Shown: positions 40,006 to 55,051, counted from the first letter of the stretch. The stretch: 64,000 nucleotides of DNA from Octopus sinensis (GCF_006345805.1 NC_043002.1:64914001-64978000); one strand, 5' to 3'. Notes: generated by a model not told the origin, from the sequence alone. Translations and numbers: made by a program.

Positions 40006-40554
40006 GTGAGTGACAGACAGAGTAAAGTGAAGGGGGTTAAGAATGAATATAAACAAAACAATATTAAAAGAACCTAAAAGATTAAACGAAAAACAGAGTT
40101 GATAACGTTTTGGTAGAATCTGTAAAAGTTTATTGCTTTCTAATCATGCAGCTATGTTTCGGCAAATGTTTGTTTATAATCACTTAAATGCAGTGAGATC
40201 TATAGGCTTCTATACCTTTTTACATGTATGTGTGTTTATATGGAAGACATCAAGAAAGAACACAGACTATGCAGAGGGAGTATCTAAACGATCTATTGTT
40301 CTCTTGTTCGCATACTATATACCCGTGTTTGTATATGTGTATATACATATATATTACTTACATTATCTCTTAAATATAGAACTGTATTATATATATACAT
40401 ATTGTATGTAGATAGATAGTTAGATATGTGTGTGTAGAGAGAGAGAGAGGGGCTGAGTGAGAGACAGTCAGAGAGATTGAGAAAAGGCTCTATCTATCAA
40501 TTCATCTATCTATCGCACTACATATCTCACTATTTTTCTATCTTTCTATCCACT

Positions 40555-40556
40555 TG

Positions 40557-40638
<82 letters not shown>

Positions 40639-40658
40639 AATCTATCTATCTATCTATC

Positions 40659-40691
<33 letters not shown>

Positions 40692-40710
40692 CTATCTATC
40701 TATCTATCTA
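40555..40710. repeat. (TCTA)n microsatellite
   Basis: Seen directly. Confidence 0.95.
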
Positions 40711-40751
40711 CATGTATTTGTATATTTTTAAATAGAAAAATATAGTATAGA

Positions 40752-40789
<38 letters not shown>

Positions 40790-40836
40790 TATCAATCTAT
40801 ACTATATTTTTCTATTTAAAATATACAAATACATGT

Positions 40837-40926
<90 letters not shown>

Positions 40927-41155
40927 CATACATACATATAAACATACATAGAATGAGAGATAAACTGAGGCTTAAACCTTTGTACGTGTATATATGTGTG
41001 TGTTTATGTGTTTATAGAGAGATGTATATCTCGCTATCAGCCTGGCCATTTAAATTTTATACAAACACTATATACACTCATTATACATACATACACACAT
41101 ACATACATACATACATACATATACACATACATGCATACATACACACATACATACA

Positions 41156-41215
<60 letters not shown>

Positions 41216-42944
41216 AACATACACACGCTTATATAATGTATCATCACCCTCATCATTATCATCATTATCATCATCATCATCATCATCATCATCATTGTCA
41301 TCATTATCATAATCATCATCATGAACGTCATCGTCGTCGTCGACTTCATCATCATCTTCAAATCCCCTCCCTCATTGTCCTCATTGCCGTCGACGTGCAT
41401 CTCTCCATCGTCTCCATTTCCAGCGCAAACCCCTACTGTCACTCTCTTCTTCGTCAATATAAGCATAAATAATAAAATACATAATAACAATATGAAATAT
41501 CGCACACATCACCATAAAAGGAAGTTAACAGTGTGTTTTTTTTCTCTCATTGGTTTTGAAATCAAATGAAGTTCAAAGGAAATATTATATATTGAAATTG
41601 ATATTAATGTTGTTATTGCTCGTGTTCTCGTTGCTGTTGTTACTGCTCTATATTTTGATGTTGATAATGCTGTTATGGTTTTGATTATTTTCTTACTTTC
41701 ACTGTTACATTGTTATTAAGATGCTGTTGTTTTGGGGAGTTGTTTTTATTGTTGTTACTGTTTTTGTTGTTGTTACTGTTTTTGTTGTTGTTGTTATTGT
41801 TGATATATCTTTTCAGGTTTATATTGCTGTTGTGGTTTTTATATTTGGTTGCTTTTGGTGCTCTATACGATTTTTTTCTGCTCTTGTTAAAGTTGGACGT
41901 GTTGCTTTTACTTTTGCAGTTGTTAGTTTCGTTATTGCTAAAGCTGTTGTCTTTTATATCATTATTGCTGCTGTTGTTTTAAACTCGATTAATTTGTTGT
42001 TATTATTCTATATGTTGTTGTGGTTGTTGTAGTTGCTAAAATCTTGAGCTTGATATTGTTCTTCAGGCGTATGTTGTTTTGCTGGCCTTACAGCTATATA
42101 CGCTTTTGAAGTTGTTGTTACTCCAGTTTCGGTTTTAAAATGTGTTGCTGCTGCCTATATATACTGATTTCGATATTGCCGTAGTTATGACTTACTTTTA
42201 TCATTGTTTTCGGTTGCTGGCATACATTTTGTCTTTTGTTTTTATCGCCGTTCTTTCTAATATAATCCTTATTCTTGGATTTCTTCATTGCCCCTAGACA
42301 CAGTTGTTATATAGTAAATTCCATGGATGGTTCACCTAAGTATTTTTCTCCTTTTTCGTTATTGCAGCAACGGACATAGTTATTGATATTACTGCTCTAG
42401 TTACAATGTTTTTCCTCCTCTTAGACGTTGTTAATATTGCAGTTACTTCCAAACATTTGTTACTGCCCTACCTGTTATTGTTACTCCTAATACAAAAACG
42501 TTATTGTTGGTACCGTTATCACTGACTTTATGGCATTTACTCCTGTAGTCATTCATATAATTATATTTCTTTGTTGTTTTTTTCTACTTCTAATTTATCA
42601 TAATTGTTATTGTTATAACATTGTTGTTAGTTTCCACATTTTTATCAATAACACATTATGAAATAGGCACAAGGCTAGAAATTTGAGGGATTAGGAATTG
42701 TGAATTTTAACGCTCGCCGTGTTTCATTTTCTCTCATCTTATCAAGGCAGAAAGTTAAAGGACAATTCTCAAAATCACGACTGGGATTTGATCGGATTCA
42801 CAGAAAGTTATAGTGAGCACAGAAAAGTAACGATCAAATGAAAGGATGCATGTAATAAAAGAAAACAGGAAAAAGAAAAGTAAATAATACACCAGCTAAA
42901 AAGAATTGAGTATAAGGAATACATTTAACGAAAACAGCAAATCT

Positions 42945-42960
42945 GACTACTACTACTACT

Positions 42961-43042
<82 letters not shown>

Positions 43043-43080
43043 TGCTTCTGCTGCTGCCACTGCTGCTACAACTACTACTG

Positions 43081-43116
<36 letters not shown>

Positions 43117-43145
43117 TTGCTACTGCTACTGCTGATGATGATGCT
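42945..43145. repeat. Compound (CTA)n/(CTG)n microsatellite
   Basis: Seen directly. Confidence 0.95.
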
Positions 43146-43716
43146 ATAAAAATATAATGTACACAAATTGGTTAGTATGTCTATATAAATGGTGAAAATC
43201 TGTGCTTGCAAACGTTTTTCAAACCCCAAATCTCTCGATATGGAAGATTTTGTTGACGTTCGGAAAGCTTGTGGCATTTGGTTTTTTGGTCTGGCGCCAA
43301 AGTTTCACAATCAATCGCAAAGATCTGGGAGAAGAAGGAAGTAAATTATCTCTGTCATTCCAAGAACACCTCAGGCTTCTCGTCTCATCTAAGTTAGAAC
43401 TGGAGACACACCAGGCAGATCTTTTAAATGCAATATCCTTCGTTGAGAGAGGGAAGGCATAATATATGATATGCATCATTTTTAAAACACCACGCTTAAA
43501 ACGTGAGGTATTATTTGTCACGTGTCATCACGATGGTGGGATCACATGCTCACTAAACTCTTCATAAAAGATGTTAGCTATGTAATTTCCATCTATGAAC
43601 AATATAAGAATGAAATAAATTTATTGCTTAATCGGACGGAAAAATTGTTTCAATCACGGATGATGTGCTTTAAACTTGTTAAAGATACACTCTTTTAATT
43701 GCTGTGTTTCATTATA

Positions 43717-44275
43717 TTGGGTTGTCCGGAAAGTTCGTGCCGATTTTTAAAGGAAAGTCAATAAATACTTGCCATTACATTTTTAAACAACCAAATATGA
43801 ACCATTTTGTTGCACAATGCGTCTCTATCTTTCCTTTAACTTGAAAATAGCCTCTTCCCAGAACTGAGGTGGTTTCATGGCAAAGAGTTCATTAAGGTAT
43901 CTTTTTATGCCATCCAAGGAATTAAAATTTTTACCATTGAGACTATTCTGCAGAGATCTGTATAAATGGAAATCCGAAGGAGCAATATCTGGTGAATATG
44001 GAGTGTGAAGTAACACATCCCAGCTGAGCTGCAGCAATTTTTGTCTGGTTCTCAAAGCATCAAGTGCCGAAAGTGAACTTTCTTATCTTCCATTTTAAAG
44101 GGTTACAGAATTAACACACGTTATAGGAACATAAATCTTCTTCCATGAAAAGACAGCTTAAACTGTGCTCTAAATGGAGGTGTAATAAAATCCTATTTTA
44201 TGGACACAACCATGTTCTAAAATAAGTCGAAATATACGCTACTATAAATCGGCACGAACTTTCCGGACAACCCAA
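43717..44275 (-). mobile_element. Internally deleted mariner transposon
   Basis: TIRs ttgggttgtccggaaagttcgtgccgattt / aaatcggcacgaactttccggacaacccaa with TA TSD. Confidence 0.95.
43825..44055 (-). pseudogene. Mariner transposase C-terminal fragment
   Basis: WDVLLHTPYSPDIAPSDFHLYRSLQNSL matches the mariner YSPDLAPSD motif. Confidence 0.93.
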
Positions 44276-45789
44276 TAATTCTATTTACAGTTTGTGAATA
44301 CTTTTTATTTGTAGAATAGGTAAGTAGTGATAGTCTAATTATATTTTGTATAAGGTAATTCAGTCATTGCGTCGTCCTGTCTATAACGCGTCAGTTGCCT
44401 ACTACCAATTTAGCGGAACATTGCGACCCTCAAGATCAGAAATTATACATTTTGTACGTCTCCACTGCAAATTCGTTTTTCGTTATAAATGCCAACTTTG
44501 GCGTAATATCAAAAATTTTGGGGAAGTAATGCAGCAATACCTATATGGTCGTAAACTTGTCACTCAGAATATATTGTAATACTAAAACAGATGTATAACA
44601 AATTAGGTCTATATAGCTAATTATTTATCACCCTAGCAAATATCAAGGTATGTAATGCAGTAATCAACTGTAGCATCATTATTCCATACTTAACTTTGAT
44701 ATTTGAACCCCAAAATTAGAAGCTTAACTAATCAACGCAAATAAATTATTCCGTCAATCTAGCGACATTTGCAAAGGTAGAAATACGTTATAGTTCATAG
44801 GGCCTTCATTATAAGCAATCAGTATGGAGGTTTTTCAATATTTACATTCTTTCATTGCTTACTCTTTGGAATTACTTCAGAGATTATTTCTTTAACACAA
44901 ATTCTTTGTTTGGTTTTATATTGTTCTCATGTCTTTGGCATTTCCCATTGTTCCTGATTCTTTCTATCGGTCAGTGTTGTTCCTGACTCCAGCCATTTTT
45001 CCTGTTTTCATCTCTTTGTGTATATTTGGGTCATTCTATAGTCCACTTCTTCTCTCCCTCTCCCTTTCCCTACTCTCCTACAAACACACACACCTTCGCA
45101 CACACACACAGACACACAGGCAACACATACACACATACACATAAACATATACGCACACATGCGAATCTACATATGTGAGCACAAGTATACATATATAGAT
45201 TATACGGAGAGATGAACTGAATAGCAGAGAGGAGAGGAGATTGAAAGAGAGTGAGAGAGAGTGAGTGAGAGAGTGTGTGAGCGACAGAGATTCTTTTCAA
45301 AAGTTCAGTCGTATATTCAACAGAGTTCTTATTCATTCTAACAAATATTTCCTTCCAATAACGTTCGTTGTTTATTTCTATTTTCCACTTACAGCGATGC
45401 GCTGTAGTGGCTCTCTGGTTATATATCTCCTATCGCAGGCATGTGGTCTCAGTTCAACTCCATTGCATTAGGCAATGGCTTCTGCTAAAGCCCACGGCAA
45501 ATCAAATCATTTTGAGAAAATGTGTTCGACAGAAACCGTGTGGCTGTGCGTTAGATGCGTATGTATATATGCATATACAAATATACATACATACTTACAT
45601 ACATATGTGTATCGAAACGTTAAAGACTTTTTCACTTCCCGAGCGTTATACTAATACATCTGTCTGTTGTCTACAAAACCTGTCTTGGTCTTTTGATTTT
45701 CTGTTTTGTTTTTCTGAACCCACCCTGTATATATAAATATGTACGCAAACACATACACACACATACATATATCTATATAATAATGCATG

Positions 45790-45838
<49 letters not shown>

Positions 45839-45861
45839 GTGTGTGGCTGTGTGTGTGTGTA

Positions 45862-45893
<32 letters not shown>

Positions 45894-45924
45894 TGTGTAT
45901 GTGTGTTATTTTTTTTATTTTATG

Positions 45925-46203
45925 CGCCCTTTTCAAGCCTAGCCAGGCTCATGAGCCCGGATTCCCGGTTTCTATAGCTGGACGGGACGCCAGTCCATCG
46001 CAGCGTTACTCAAGTAACAGGAAGAAAGAGTGAGAGAAGTTGGGGCAAAAGAGTAAAACAGGGGTCGTCACCAGCGCCTGCCGGAGCATCGTGGAGCTTT
46101 AGGTGTTTTTGCTCATTAAACACACCCAACGCCCGGTCTGGGAATCGAAGCCGCGATCCTGCGACCGCGAGTCCGCTGCCCTAACAACTGGGCCATTGCA
46201 CCT

Positions 46204-46207
<4 letters not shown>
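45925..46207 (-). mobile_element. tRNA-derived SINE (OR-like)
   Basis: Minus-strand head gtggaggtgcaatggcccagttgttagggcagcggactcgc. Confidence 0.85.
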
Positions 46208-46261
<54 letters not shown>

Positions 46262-46299
46262 GTGTGTGTGTGTTTGTGTGTATGTATATATCCAAAATT

Positions 46300-46810
46300 A
46301 GAAGAATGGATTAGATAAAATCCAGGCTACGTATCTTTCATAGCTAGCGAAACCTTAGAAGTAGAAATTACCCAAAGGAGAGATAGTAGGCAAGCTACTC
46401 TTCAGACCAAGGATATTTTGATTACATGAAGTTTACGTTGTCGGTAGGAGTTCCTGTATTAACTCACAAGGAAATCAATCGAAATACGTAGAAATGCGTA
46501 GAAAGCACATTTCTAGAGGATAACATATCTTTGAGGAAGTAAAAATATTACTGTGCTATCTACGAATTTCTATCTGTGCTATCTGTAGATCTGTGCTATC
46601 TACGAATTTCTATCGAATCCTAGCGAGGTAACACGGAATCTCCAAGCGACAATGTAAACTCCATGTAATTAAAGTATCTTTGACCTGGAATGTAACTTGC
46701 CCGTCAACTCATCGTTTGGATAATTACAGCTTCTGAGCTTCCGCTAGCTATGAAAAATATGTAGCCTGGATGATTTTATCTCTCCATTGCTTAATTTTAG
46801 ATTTTTATTC
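46300..46810. mobile_element. Diverged inverted-repeat element with a hammerhead-like motif (46325-46408, minus strand)
   Basis: Arms tccaggctacgtatctttcatagctagcg / cgctagctatgaaaaatatgtagcctgga. Minus strand: ggt-CTGAAGA-gtagc...gctat-GAAA-gatacg-TA-gcc. Confidence 0.7.
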
Positions 46811-47122
46811 GCATATACAGCAGCCCCAGCTGTTAACCGTGAACTATAAAATAACCTTTTTTTCAGCTTATCGTACTTCGATACGAGAACAATTTACAAC
46901 CTCCGGCGCCAACAACCCACTATTGTACGCGAAGGTTGCTTCTTCATATCTTTTTTGGTCTGCATAAAGCTCACTAACTACCTGCTAACTACCTTGATCC
47001 TTGGATATTAACTTTACGTATGTGTTTGTGTGCGTGTGTATTTACAAAAAAAAAAACAGAATATGAAGACAGGTGTATAAACAACAAGCAGGTATTTCTC
47101 ACGCTCGGGAAGGTGAGAAATT

Positions 47123-47158
47123 CTTTTACGTTTCGAGCCTACGCTTTTCAACAGAAAG
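47123..47158 (-). ncRNA. Minimal hammerhead variant (CUGUUGA core) in a pLTR-like repeat at 47040-47212
   Basis: cttt-CTGTTGA-aaagcgtaggctc-GAAA-cg-TA-aaag. Confidence 0.55.
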
Positions 47159-48265
47159 GAACGCGATGAAATAAACAGAGAGAGAATAAAAAAGCTTTTG
47201 GAGTTAGCGGTCAATTGATATAAAAGTGTGGTAATACTCCTTTACAACCGATGTTGGTTTACATAGGTTTTCTAAGGTACCAAGTCAGCAAAATAGTCTG
47301 GTGGATTGCGAACTGGATTTGAAAAACAGGTGCCGTGTTCCTTTCGCCGCAGCCTAAAAGCTAGAACAAATTATTCATTCTCAGACTTTTCCTCCTAGGT
47401 TTGGACACAGATATATATATATATTCTTTCTCTATTTCAATGTTCCGTTGTCTTCCATGTCAATCATAAAACCCATTATTTTCTTATGCGATTCCGTAAA
47501 AAATAAAATATAAAGCAGTGAAACTAAGACACTGAGGTGATCCATTTAATATTACCTTTCAGTACCAATGCCCTGTCCTTAACATTAAACTCAACAAAAC
47601 CTTCTAGTTTTCTATTAACCCCAAACGTTTTTTTTTTTTATCAGATCTTTGCAATCATCCCCCACTCACATACGCGATTCTGTATGTCGCCTTTTTCACT
47701 TTGTTGTGGCTGTAATAATTTCATTTTTTATTTAGCTTGCGTTTGCTATATTTTCCATGGATTTTTTGGGGTTGTTATTTTTCCAACCTTTCATTTTCAT
47801 CTTAATTTCTTTCCTTTTTCTTAATTTTTATCTTTTATATTTTCGTAGTTTCTTTCTTGCATGATTGACTTACCTTCTTCGGACAAACGGCACTTTGTCT
47901 TACGTATTTCCCATTATATTGTATTTGTTTTACGCTAAATAACGTTCATTCATCTACAAATACTTGGTAATTGTTTTTCTAGCATGCAATACGAATATGT
48001 ATGTGTACGTAATCGCGATGGTTGTGTGCGAAGAGCATGTTCATACGTGACAGTATGCGTTTATAGCTGTATAAAATACGTGTATATAGGGAATGAAATA
48101 TATATGCACATGGTTCACCGACACATAAAGAATCATGCACACACGGATACAAGAGTCACATATATACCCACACACATAAACATATCCTACACACACATAT
48201 GTAAGTGTATAAATGTATAAATATACTTACGTATTAAACATACACCATAAATGTATATATGCATG

Positions 48266-48311
<46 letters not shown>

Positions 48312-48349
48312 TATGTATAAATATATACATCTGTACATATATATATATG

Positions 48350-48401
<52 letters not shown>

Positions 48402-48676
48402 TATATATATGTGTGTATACACACACACACACACATATTTATATATATATATATAATATATATATATATGTATGTATGTATGTGTGTGTGTGTGTGTGTA
48501 TGTATATGAGTTTGTATATGGTGATTACTATATGACTGTGCTTACGTGTATCTGTTTATCTATGTTCCGTTGAGTATTTTGAGATAATTGCCTAGGAGTT
48601 CATTTCCGTAAATGCAACACTGTGAAATTAGGTTTTTTTTCCACTTTTTCCACACATAAGTATAGATAGACACGCA

Positions 48677-48709
<33 letters not shown>

Positions 48710-48735
48710 ACACACACACACATATATATATATAT

Positions 48736-48766
<31 letters not shown>

Positions 48767-48873
48767 GTATATATTATATATATATATATGTATGTATATA
48801 TATATATATGTATATATATGTATATATATATATGTGTGTATATGTGTGTGTATGTATATATATATTATATATG

Positions 48874-48919
<46 letters not shown>

Positions 48920-49296
48920 GTGTGTGTGTGTGTGTCTGTGTGTGTATGTATATATAGACACACACATAATTTCATCTTTTGTGTCTACATCACTTTTGGC
49001 TTTCCATTTTCTTTTAGCCCTGTTGCTGCAACAACTTAAGCCTGTATTAGCTTCTTTATTGTTGCTTATCGTTCGTTGAATCGTCATCCTGGTTACATCT
49101 TCATTTTCTCACTTTCTAGTATCTCTGTTGTTACTTTTTATCATCTTAACTGCATTGAAGAGTATTCCTAAAGGAACTTTACAAAACTTATTGTTAGGGA
49201 CAAGAAAAAAGAATTACATTACTCATAGATATAATATACATTCATGTGACAGTAGTTATAATACTGGCCATGATATCGATGATGATAACAGCAATG

Positions 49297-49329
<33 letters not shown>

Positions 49330-49376
49330 GTAATAATAATAGTAATAATAATAGTAACAATAACAATAATAATAAC

Positions 49377-49461
<85 letters not shown>

Positions 49462-49467
49462 GTAATA

Positions 49468-49790
49468 ATAAGATTATATAGGACTGAGGTAAATCCTCCA
49501 GAATTTATAGAGAAATAAATAGAAGAGTGAGAAGAGTGCCATAGTTATCATGTGAAATTATTTGACCGATATTTCGGCATCTAGCGTGCCTTCCACTATG
49601 GCACTCTTCTATTTATTTCTCTGTAACTTCTGTAGGAGTTACCTCAGTCCTATATAATCTTAGCAAAAAAAAAATTTGAATTAGACTTACATGCAATTTT
49701 TGAACCTGTGGAAGGCACGTTAGATGCCGAAATATCGTTCAACTAATTTCACATGATAAATATAGCACTCTTCTACTTATTTCTTTAATA
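49468..49790. mobile_element. Rearranged inverted-repeat element between (TAA)n tracts
   Basis: taagattatataggactgaggtaa / ttacctcagtcctatataatctta, and gatatttcggcatctagcgtgccttccac / gtggaaggcacgttagatgccgaaatatc, form two interleaved inverted pairs. Confidence 0.75.
49700..49742 (+). ncRNA. Minimal hammerhead variant (CUGUGGA core)
   Basis: ttgaac-CTGTGGA-aggca cgttaga tgcc-GAAA-ta-TC-gttcaa. Perfect 6-bp stem I and 4-bp stem II. Confidence 0.6.
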
Positions 49791-49847
<57 letters not shown>

Positions 49848-52800
49848 TAATAATAATAATAACCCATTTTATGGAACTGACAGGCGCAAACCTACATTAC
49901 AAATCGCGTAAAAGAATAACGGAGTATAGTGGGCGAACCTTCATACAAATTATGTTCATCGCAGATCCAGCCGTTAGCTGGTTCGTCCTTCGTACTGCAA
50001 TAACAGTTATCACGTAGTGTTTCTCACACCACCACAAATCAGAAATACTTGAACACTGAAAGTGTGTATAGTGCACGTTTTTGTCATATTGTGTGTATCT
50101 CTCAAATTTCTGGCAGACAGCGGATCAGTGATACCTATAGACATTTTACGGAGTTGCGTAATTGTACCGGTAATAAAGTTACGATAATTATTTCCCGATA
50201 TTTCCAAAGTCCTCGGACAAGAGGTCCACCAGAATGGGCTGTAGACTCTTAAGCAAAAGCCAAAAGCTTCTCGTTAGTTTTATCGCACATGTACACAACA
50301 AAATCTTTAAAGAATGCGGTTGCTTGTTATTTCGGTTGTGTTACTCACTTGGTAAAATATAGCAGCACACACTTGCCAAGATTCCAAACGCAATACGCCA
50401 AAAGACTATAACTGGAACCAACACAAGACATATCACACAAATTACGGCTGTCATTCAGAGATTTCTGTAGAAGGCACTGCCTCAATGAGAGCTTGTGCAT
50501 TATCAGTGTCATGTTATTTAAGTCATTCTGATTGTCATGATGGCAGTAGAAGAGGAAGAGGAAGCATGAGAGAAGATACTACAGTGTGAATTAAAGCAAT
50601 TCCAGTAAGCTAAATATTTATATAGCTTGATCAATGTTTATTAAAATATTTACCCTATGAAAGGAGAAATGTAGCTGGATGCGGCGACGACATTCAATAG
50701 TATTCATGGTTGACCAAATCAAAAGTTTTATAATGACTCAAATGAATTTGATCCCCTCCGAAATTGAATTCATTACCTCCGCTAATTATGAGATATTGCA
50801 TAAAATAACATAAATGTGTCTGTGAGTTGGCTGACAGATGGATTTCATGTGTCAGCCCATAGCCTTTCTTTATTTCCGTCAGCTACATAGCAAAATATCA
50901 TGTTATATAAAATGCCCTGATTCTCAATTGAAATTCCATTGAAATTCGGATAAAATTTTGCTAAGCCAATTTCAAAAGCAGACAACTATCTGAAAATCGT
51001 TGACAATATTTTATATAGTTTAAACATACACACACGAATCTTAGGAAGTGGTGAATTCGATATAGAACTATAGGCAGATTTCAAACTTCCGCTTAGTGAG
51101 GAATTCCATACATATTAGATGTATTGTATTTTGATTTATGTACAATATATACGAGAATAATTATCACTATTTTCGACGCTCCGTTAAGTGAAATCTAAGT
51201 GAATTATAGATGTTATATGATGAGTGCAATAAAACGCACCAACTAAGTCTATAATAAAAAGGACATGGACGCCATAAATATTGGACGGCAGGGAACTTAT
51301 GCAACTAGAGAGCGGTTATGTAATGTTTGATGTATCAGATTGAAGATATAATGGTAATAGCATGTATGAGTAATATAAAGACATGTAAATAAATAGTGAA
51401 AGACATTTTGTCAAAAGTACTAACAATATATCAAACTCTATAGTTGTTTTATACGTATGAGACTGCTTATGGGCTGAAAGCATCTGCACAGTATGTCAAT
51501 TTTTCTGTTAGAATCGGCAGCCAATTCTCCAGCAAACGATAGCTTAATAAGTCAAGTAATGAAATGTCATACTAGTATATGTAGTACTATCTCGTCTGCA
51601 TTTATAAGCAAGTCTCTCGACTGAGATATTTTGCTGATAGTTTAACACGGGCGGGCGGCACTGATGAGGGCATGGACAACAAAAGTAGCTGTACTGACTG
51701 TTAAACACTTTAGAAATTTCCCAAGTTTGAAAATATATTTGCATTTAAAGCCAACGAATGAAGATCGTCGCTAGAGATTATAGAAGCGGCAGCAACTGTA
51801 GGAAAACAGAAACAAATTTCTACTACGTTAGATTGATGGCATTTTAACGTGAATGTTATTTTTAAATTGTATATAATAGAGATATTAACTAAACAAGTAA
51901 ATGAGGGAAAGAGACGCGTTTGAGACAGATTGGGAGATTAAGAGAAATGAGGAAGAAAGTGAGAAAGTGGAGGCAAGAAGTATATGAGCAAGAGGAGATT
52001 AAGAAGTATATGAGCAATAGGAGATTAAGAAGTACAGAGAAACAAAGCAAAACTAAAAAGGTTAGAGAATCATGGGGCAGAAAGATCAAGACTCGAAAAA
52101 ACGAGTTACTGAAAATAGAAGTGTACGTTGACAAGGAAAAAACAAAACGACAAAGGAATACTACTCGGAATAAAATAACATAGAAATAACGACCAGTAAT
52201 AAATAAAAAGGAAACAGTAGCCAGAAAACAACTGCACTTACATCAGAGAAGCAGAGTGAAAGGTAGTTGCTGAAAAAGAAACTATGTTGGCAAATGAATG
52301 TAAAAATCAGAGAAGCCAAGGAGTAAGATAATAAGGAATGTCGTAAGAATGAAAGAAACGTAAAAAAAAAATATTGTTTGAAAATCATATTGTTATAGTG
52401 ATAATTGCCATATATGTAATAAAAATACAAGTATTTCATGGCACCTTGATTAAATCACTAAACATTTCGGTAAGGATAAAAAAAAAACGGTTGATCTTTC
52501 TGGGGTCACCAGTACACTATAGTACGTTTTCCTTAATTTTTCTTATATTTTATATAACACGCAACATAGTAGCATTGTTTCTAAGTAATCAGATGAGATC
52601 AACCTATATATGTGCGTATGTTTCTGTGTGTGTGTGTGTGTGTATACATACATACATACACACGTCACACACACACATACACACATATGTATGTCATTGT
52701 TCAGTTTTATTCCAAGATTCCTTGCCAATAGAGAAAGAACTGGTTTCTAATCTAGATTCGATGCGCCTTCATTGGAATTGCAACATCAACAACAGGGTAT

Positions 52801-52989
52801 TTTTGCTTGTATGCATGTACGTACATGTCCAGATTTGTATTCTTTGCTTTTATATGTATTCTCATGCATATAGTTGCATATTTAGACATGATCATCTATA
52901 TATAAATGGTAAATTTCTGGAAAGTTTTACAATTTTTTTCAATTCCAGTGATGGATTAGATCTGTAGTCTTACAATTAGCTTTCTCCTT

Positions 52990-53495
52990 TCTGATTTTGA
53001 GAAGCCTAATTCCTCAAGATTAGTATTTAGGCAGTGTGCTACATAGCCCAGTGCCCCAATAATTACAATAATGTGTACTCTGAATAGAGTAACTGCATTT
53101 TCTTTTTCACTGATCTTCATTCAGTTTTATGTTAACATCCGTTGGGCAGCTAAGTTCCACAACTGTACACAGTTTCTCTTCTCTATACCAACTCATTATA
53201 TCAGGTCTGTTGTGCTTACATTTTATTGAGGTCTTCACGGGGACATTCCACTAGTACTCCTTTTTATTATGAGTGGCTATGGCTTCTACTAAACTGTAGT
53301 TCTTATTTCTTTGTCCCCAGGATTATCCTTCCAACGGATTTCATTACTACAACATCATGTCTCATCTGCAAATAATACTGTGATGACATTGTCGGACAAC
53401 TGCTGATGATATGAGTGATATTTTCGATGCTAATTCAACAAAATCTGCATCGGTTGACACATTTTACTGCTTTTCCTGCACCTGTATCGCTTTTA
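52990..53495 (-). pseudogene. Decayed 3' region of an RLE-type non-LTR retrotransposon (R4/Dong-like)
   Basis: Manual minus-strand translation: NRCRFC*ISIENITHIISSCP (CCHC knuckle) ... WNVPVKTSIKCKHNRPDIM ... CTVVELSCP (RLE PD motif), with stops. Confidence 0.75.
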
Positions 53496-53509
53496 TAGGA
53501 ACGAATTTA

Positions 53510-53760
53510 ATATGAATTGAAGACTCCGCCCAAGAGTAGGAGTAGCAATATTACACTTACCTAGAGAGGAATGCGGATGAGCGTTAATATCAGTAGAAGA
53601 CTGGGTCGAATTAGCCAGAGTACATATAGACTCCTATGAAGAAAGTTTATTAAAAGCTGCTAGGGTCACAGCAAGACATAGGGAAACGAAGTTAAAATCG
53701 AGAAAAAAGAGCAGATATTATCTGACCGGCAGAAGATGGCGGTGCCTTTTCCAGCCAGTC
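53510..53760 (+). pseudogene. Decayed non-LTR RT C-terminal fragment
   Basis: LHLPREECG*ALISVED resembles the RLYLPRKEGGRGL motif that follows the RT domain. Confidence 0.55.
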
Positions 53761-53782
53761 AGTTATAATAATAATAATAATG

Positions 53783-53829
<47 letters not shown>

Positions 53830-53837
53830 TATTATTA

Positions 53838-53929
<92 letters not shown>

Positions 53930-54940
53930 TAGGGAAGTGAGCCTAAGTAAAATCCAACAATGGCTCAAAAGCTCTGGACTAAAACCGTAACGAAAGGATT
54001 GGTTCTCTCAGCACAAGTTCAATGTCTGACTACAAATAATTATAAAAGCAAAATAATGAAAACAGGCCTCAACACCAAATGCAGAATGTGCAACCAGCAC
54101 AGTGAGAGAGTTGACCACATCATCTGGGACTGCCCAGTGCTTTCCAAGCCTGAATACGTATACAGGACCGACCAAGTAAGCAGTTATATCCATTCGACAA
54201 TATGCCAACGTTCCAACATCAAAACTGACAGCAGGTGGTTTAAGCATGAGCCAAGCAAGACAGAAGACAATGATCATGTCACAATAATCTGGGATATGCC
54301 AGTTCAAACGTACAGACGTAAAAGCAAACTGACCAGATATAATCATCAAGGATTGGAGAAAACACCTGCTTACTGATAGATATTGCAGTCTATTCAGATC
54401 ACAGTATTTTCAAGAAAGAACTGGAGAAATTTTCGATGTGCAAAAACCTCGAAATTGAAGCATTCAAAATGTGGAGCATGAACGTTAAAAGAATAGCAAT
54501 AATAATTGGAGCATTTGGTATGATAAAAATCATATGTACAATAATGTAGAAGCTATACCTGGAACCTCAACACTACATATAGTCCCAAGAATAGTCCTGC
54601 TAGGTACTGCCTATATCCTACGCAAGACGCTATCAATCCAATAATACACTGCAAACAAAACAACCCACAAATACATGACACATGCCGTACAGTATTTACT
54701 CAGTCAAATAAACTCCCACCAGCAAGTAAGCAAATCATAGCATTAAACACTCAACACGCAATACAAGCAGTAACAGAACAAAAGATAGCACCACACCTCA
54801 AGGATAAAAACAAACTACTACAATAGAGATTTGGGAAGAATTCGCACACTTCCAACACCAGAAAGTTTTGGGAAGAATTCGCACACTTCCAACACCAGAA
54901 AAGAAGATGCAATGTTACACAGCAACTACCAAATATTGAA
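53930..54940 (+). mobile_element. 5'-truncated R4/Dong-like LINE (CCHC knuckle + RLE endonuclease + 3' UTR), flanked by (TAA)n
   Basis: ORF 53960-54376: CRMCNQHSERVDHIIWDC...IIWDMPVQT; continues after a frameshift as PDIII...CLLIDIAV...KELEK. Confidence 0.85.
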
Positions 54941-54944
54941 CAGT

Positions 54945-54988
<44 letters not shown>

Positions 54989-54989
54989 T

Positions 54990-55026
<37 letters not shown>

Positions 55027-55051
55027 TAATAATAATAATAATATAATAATA

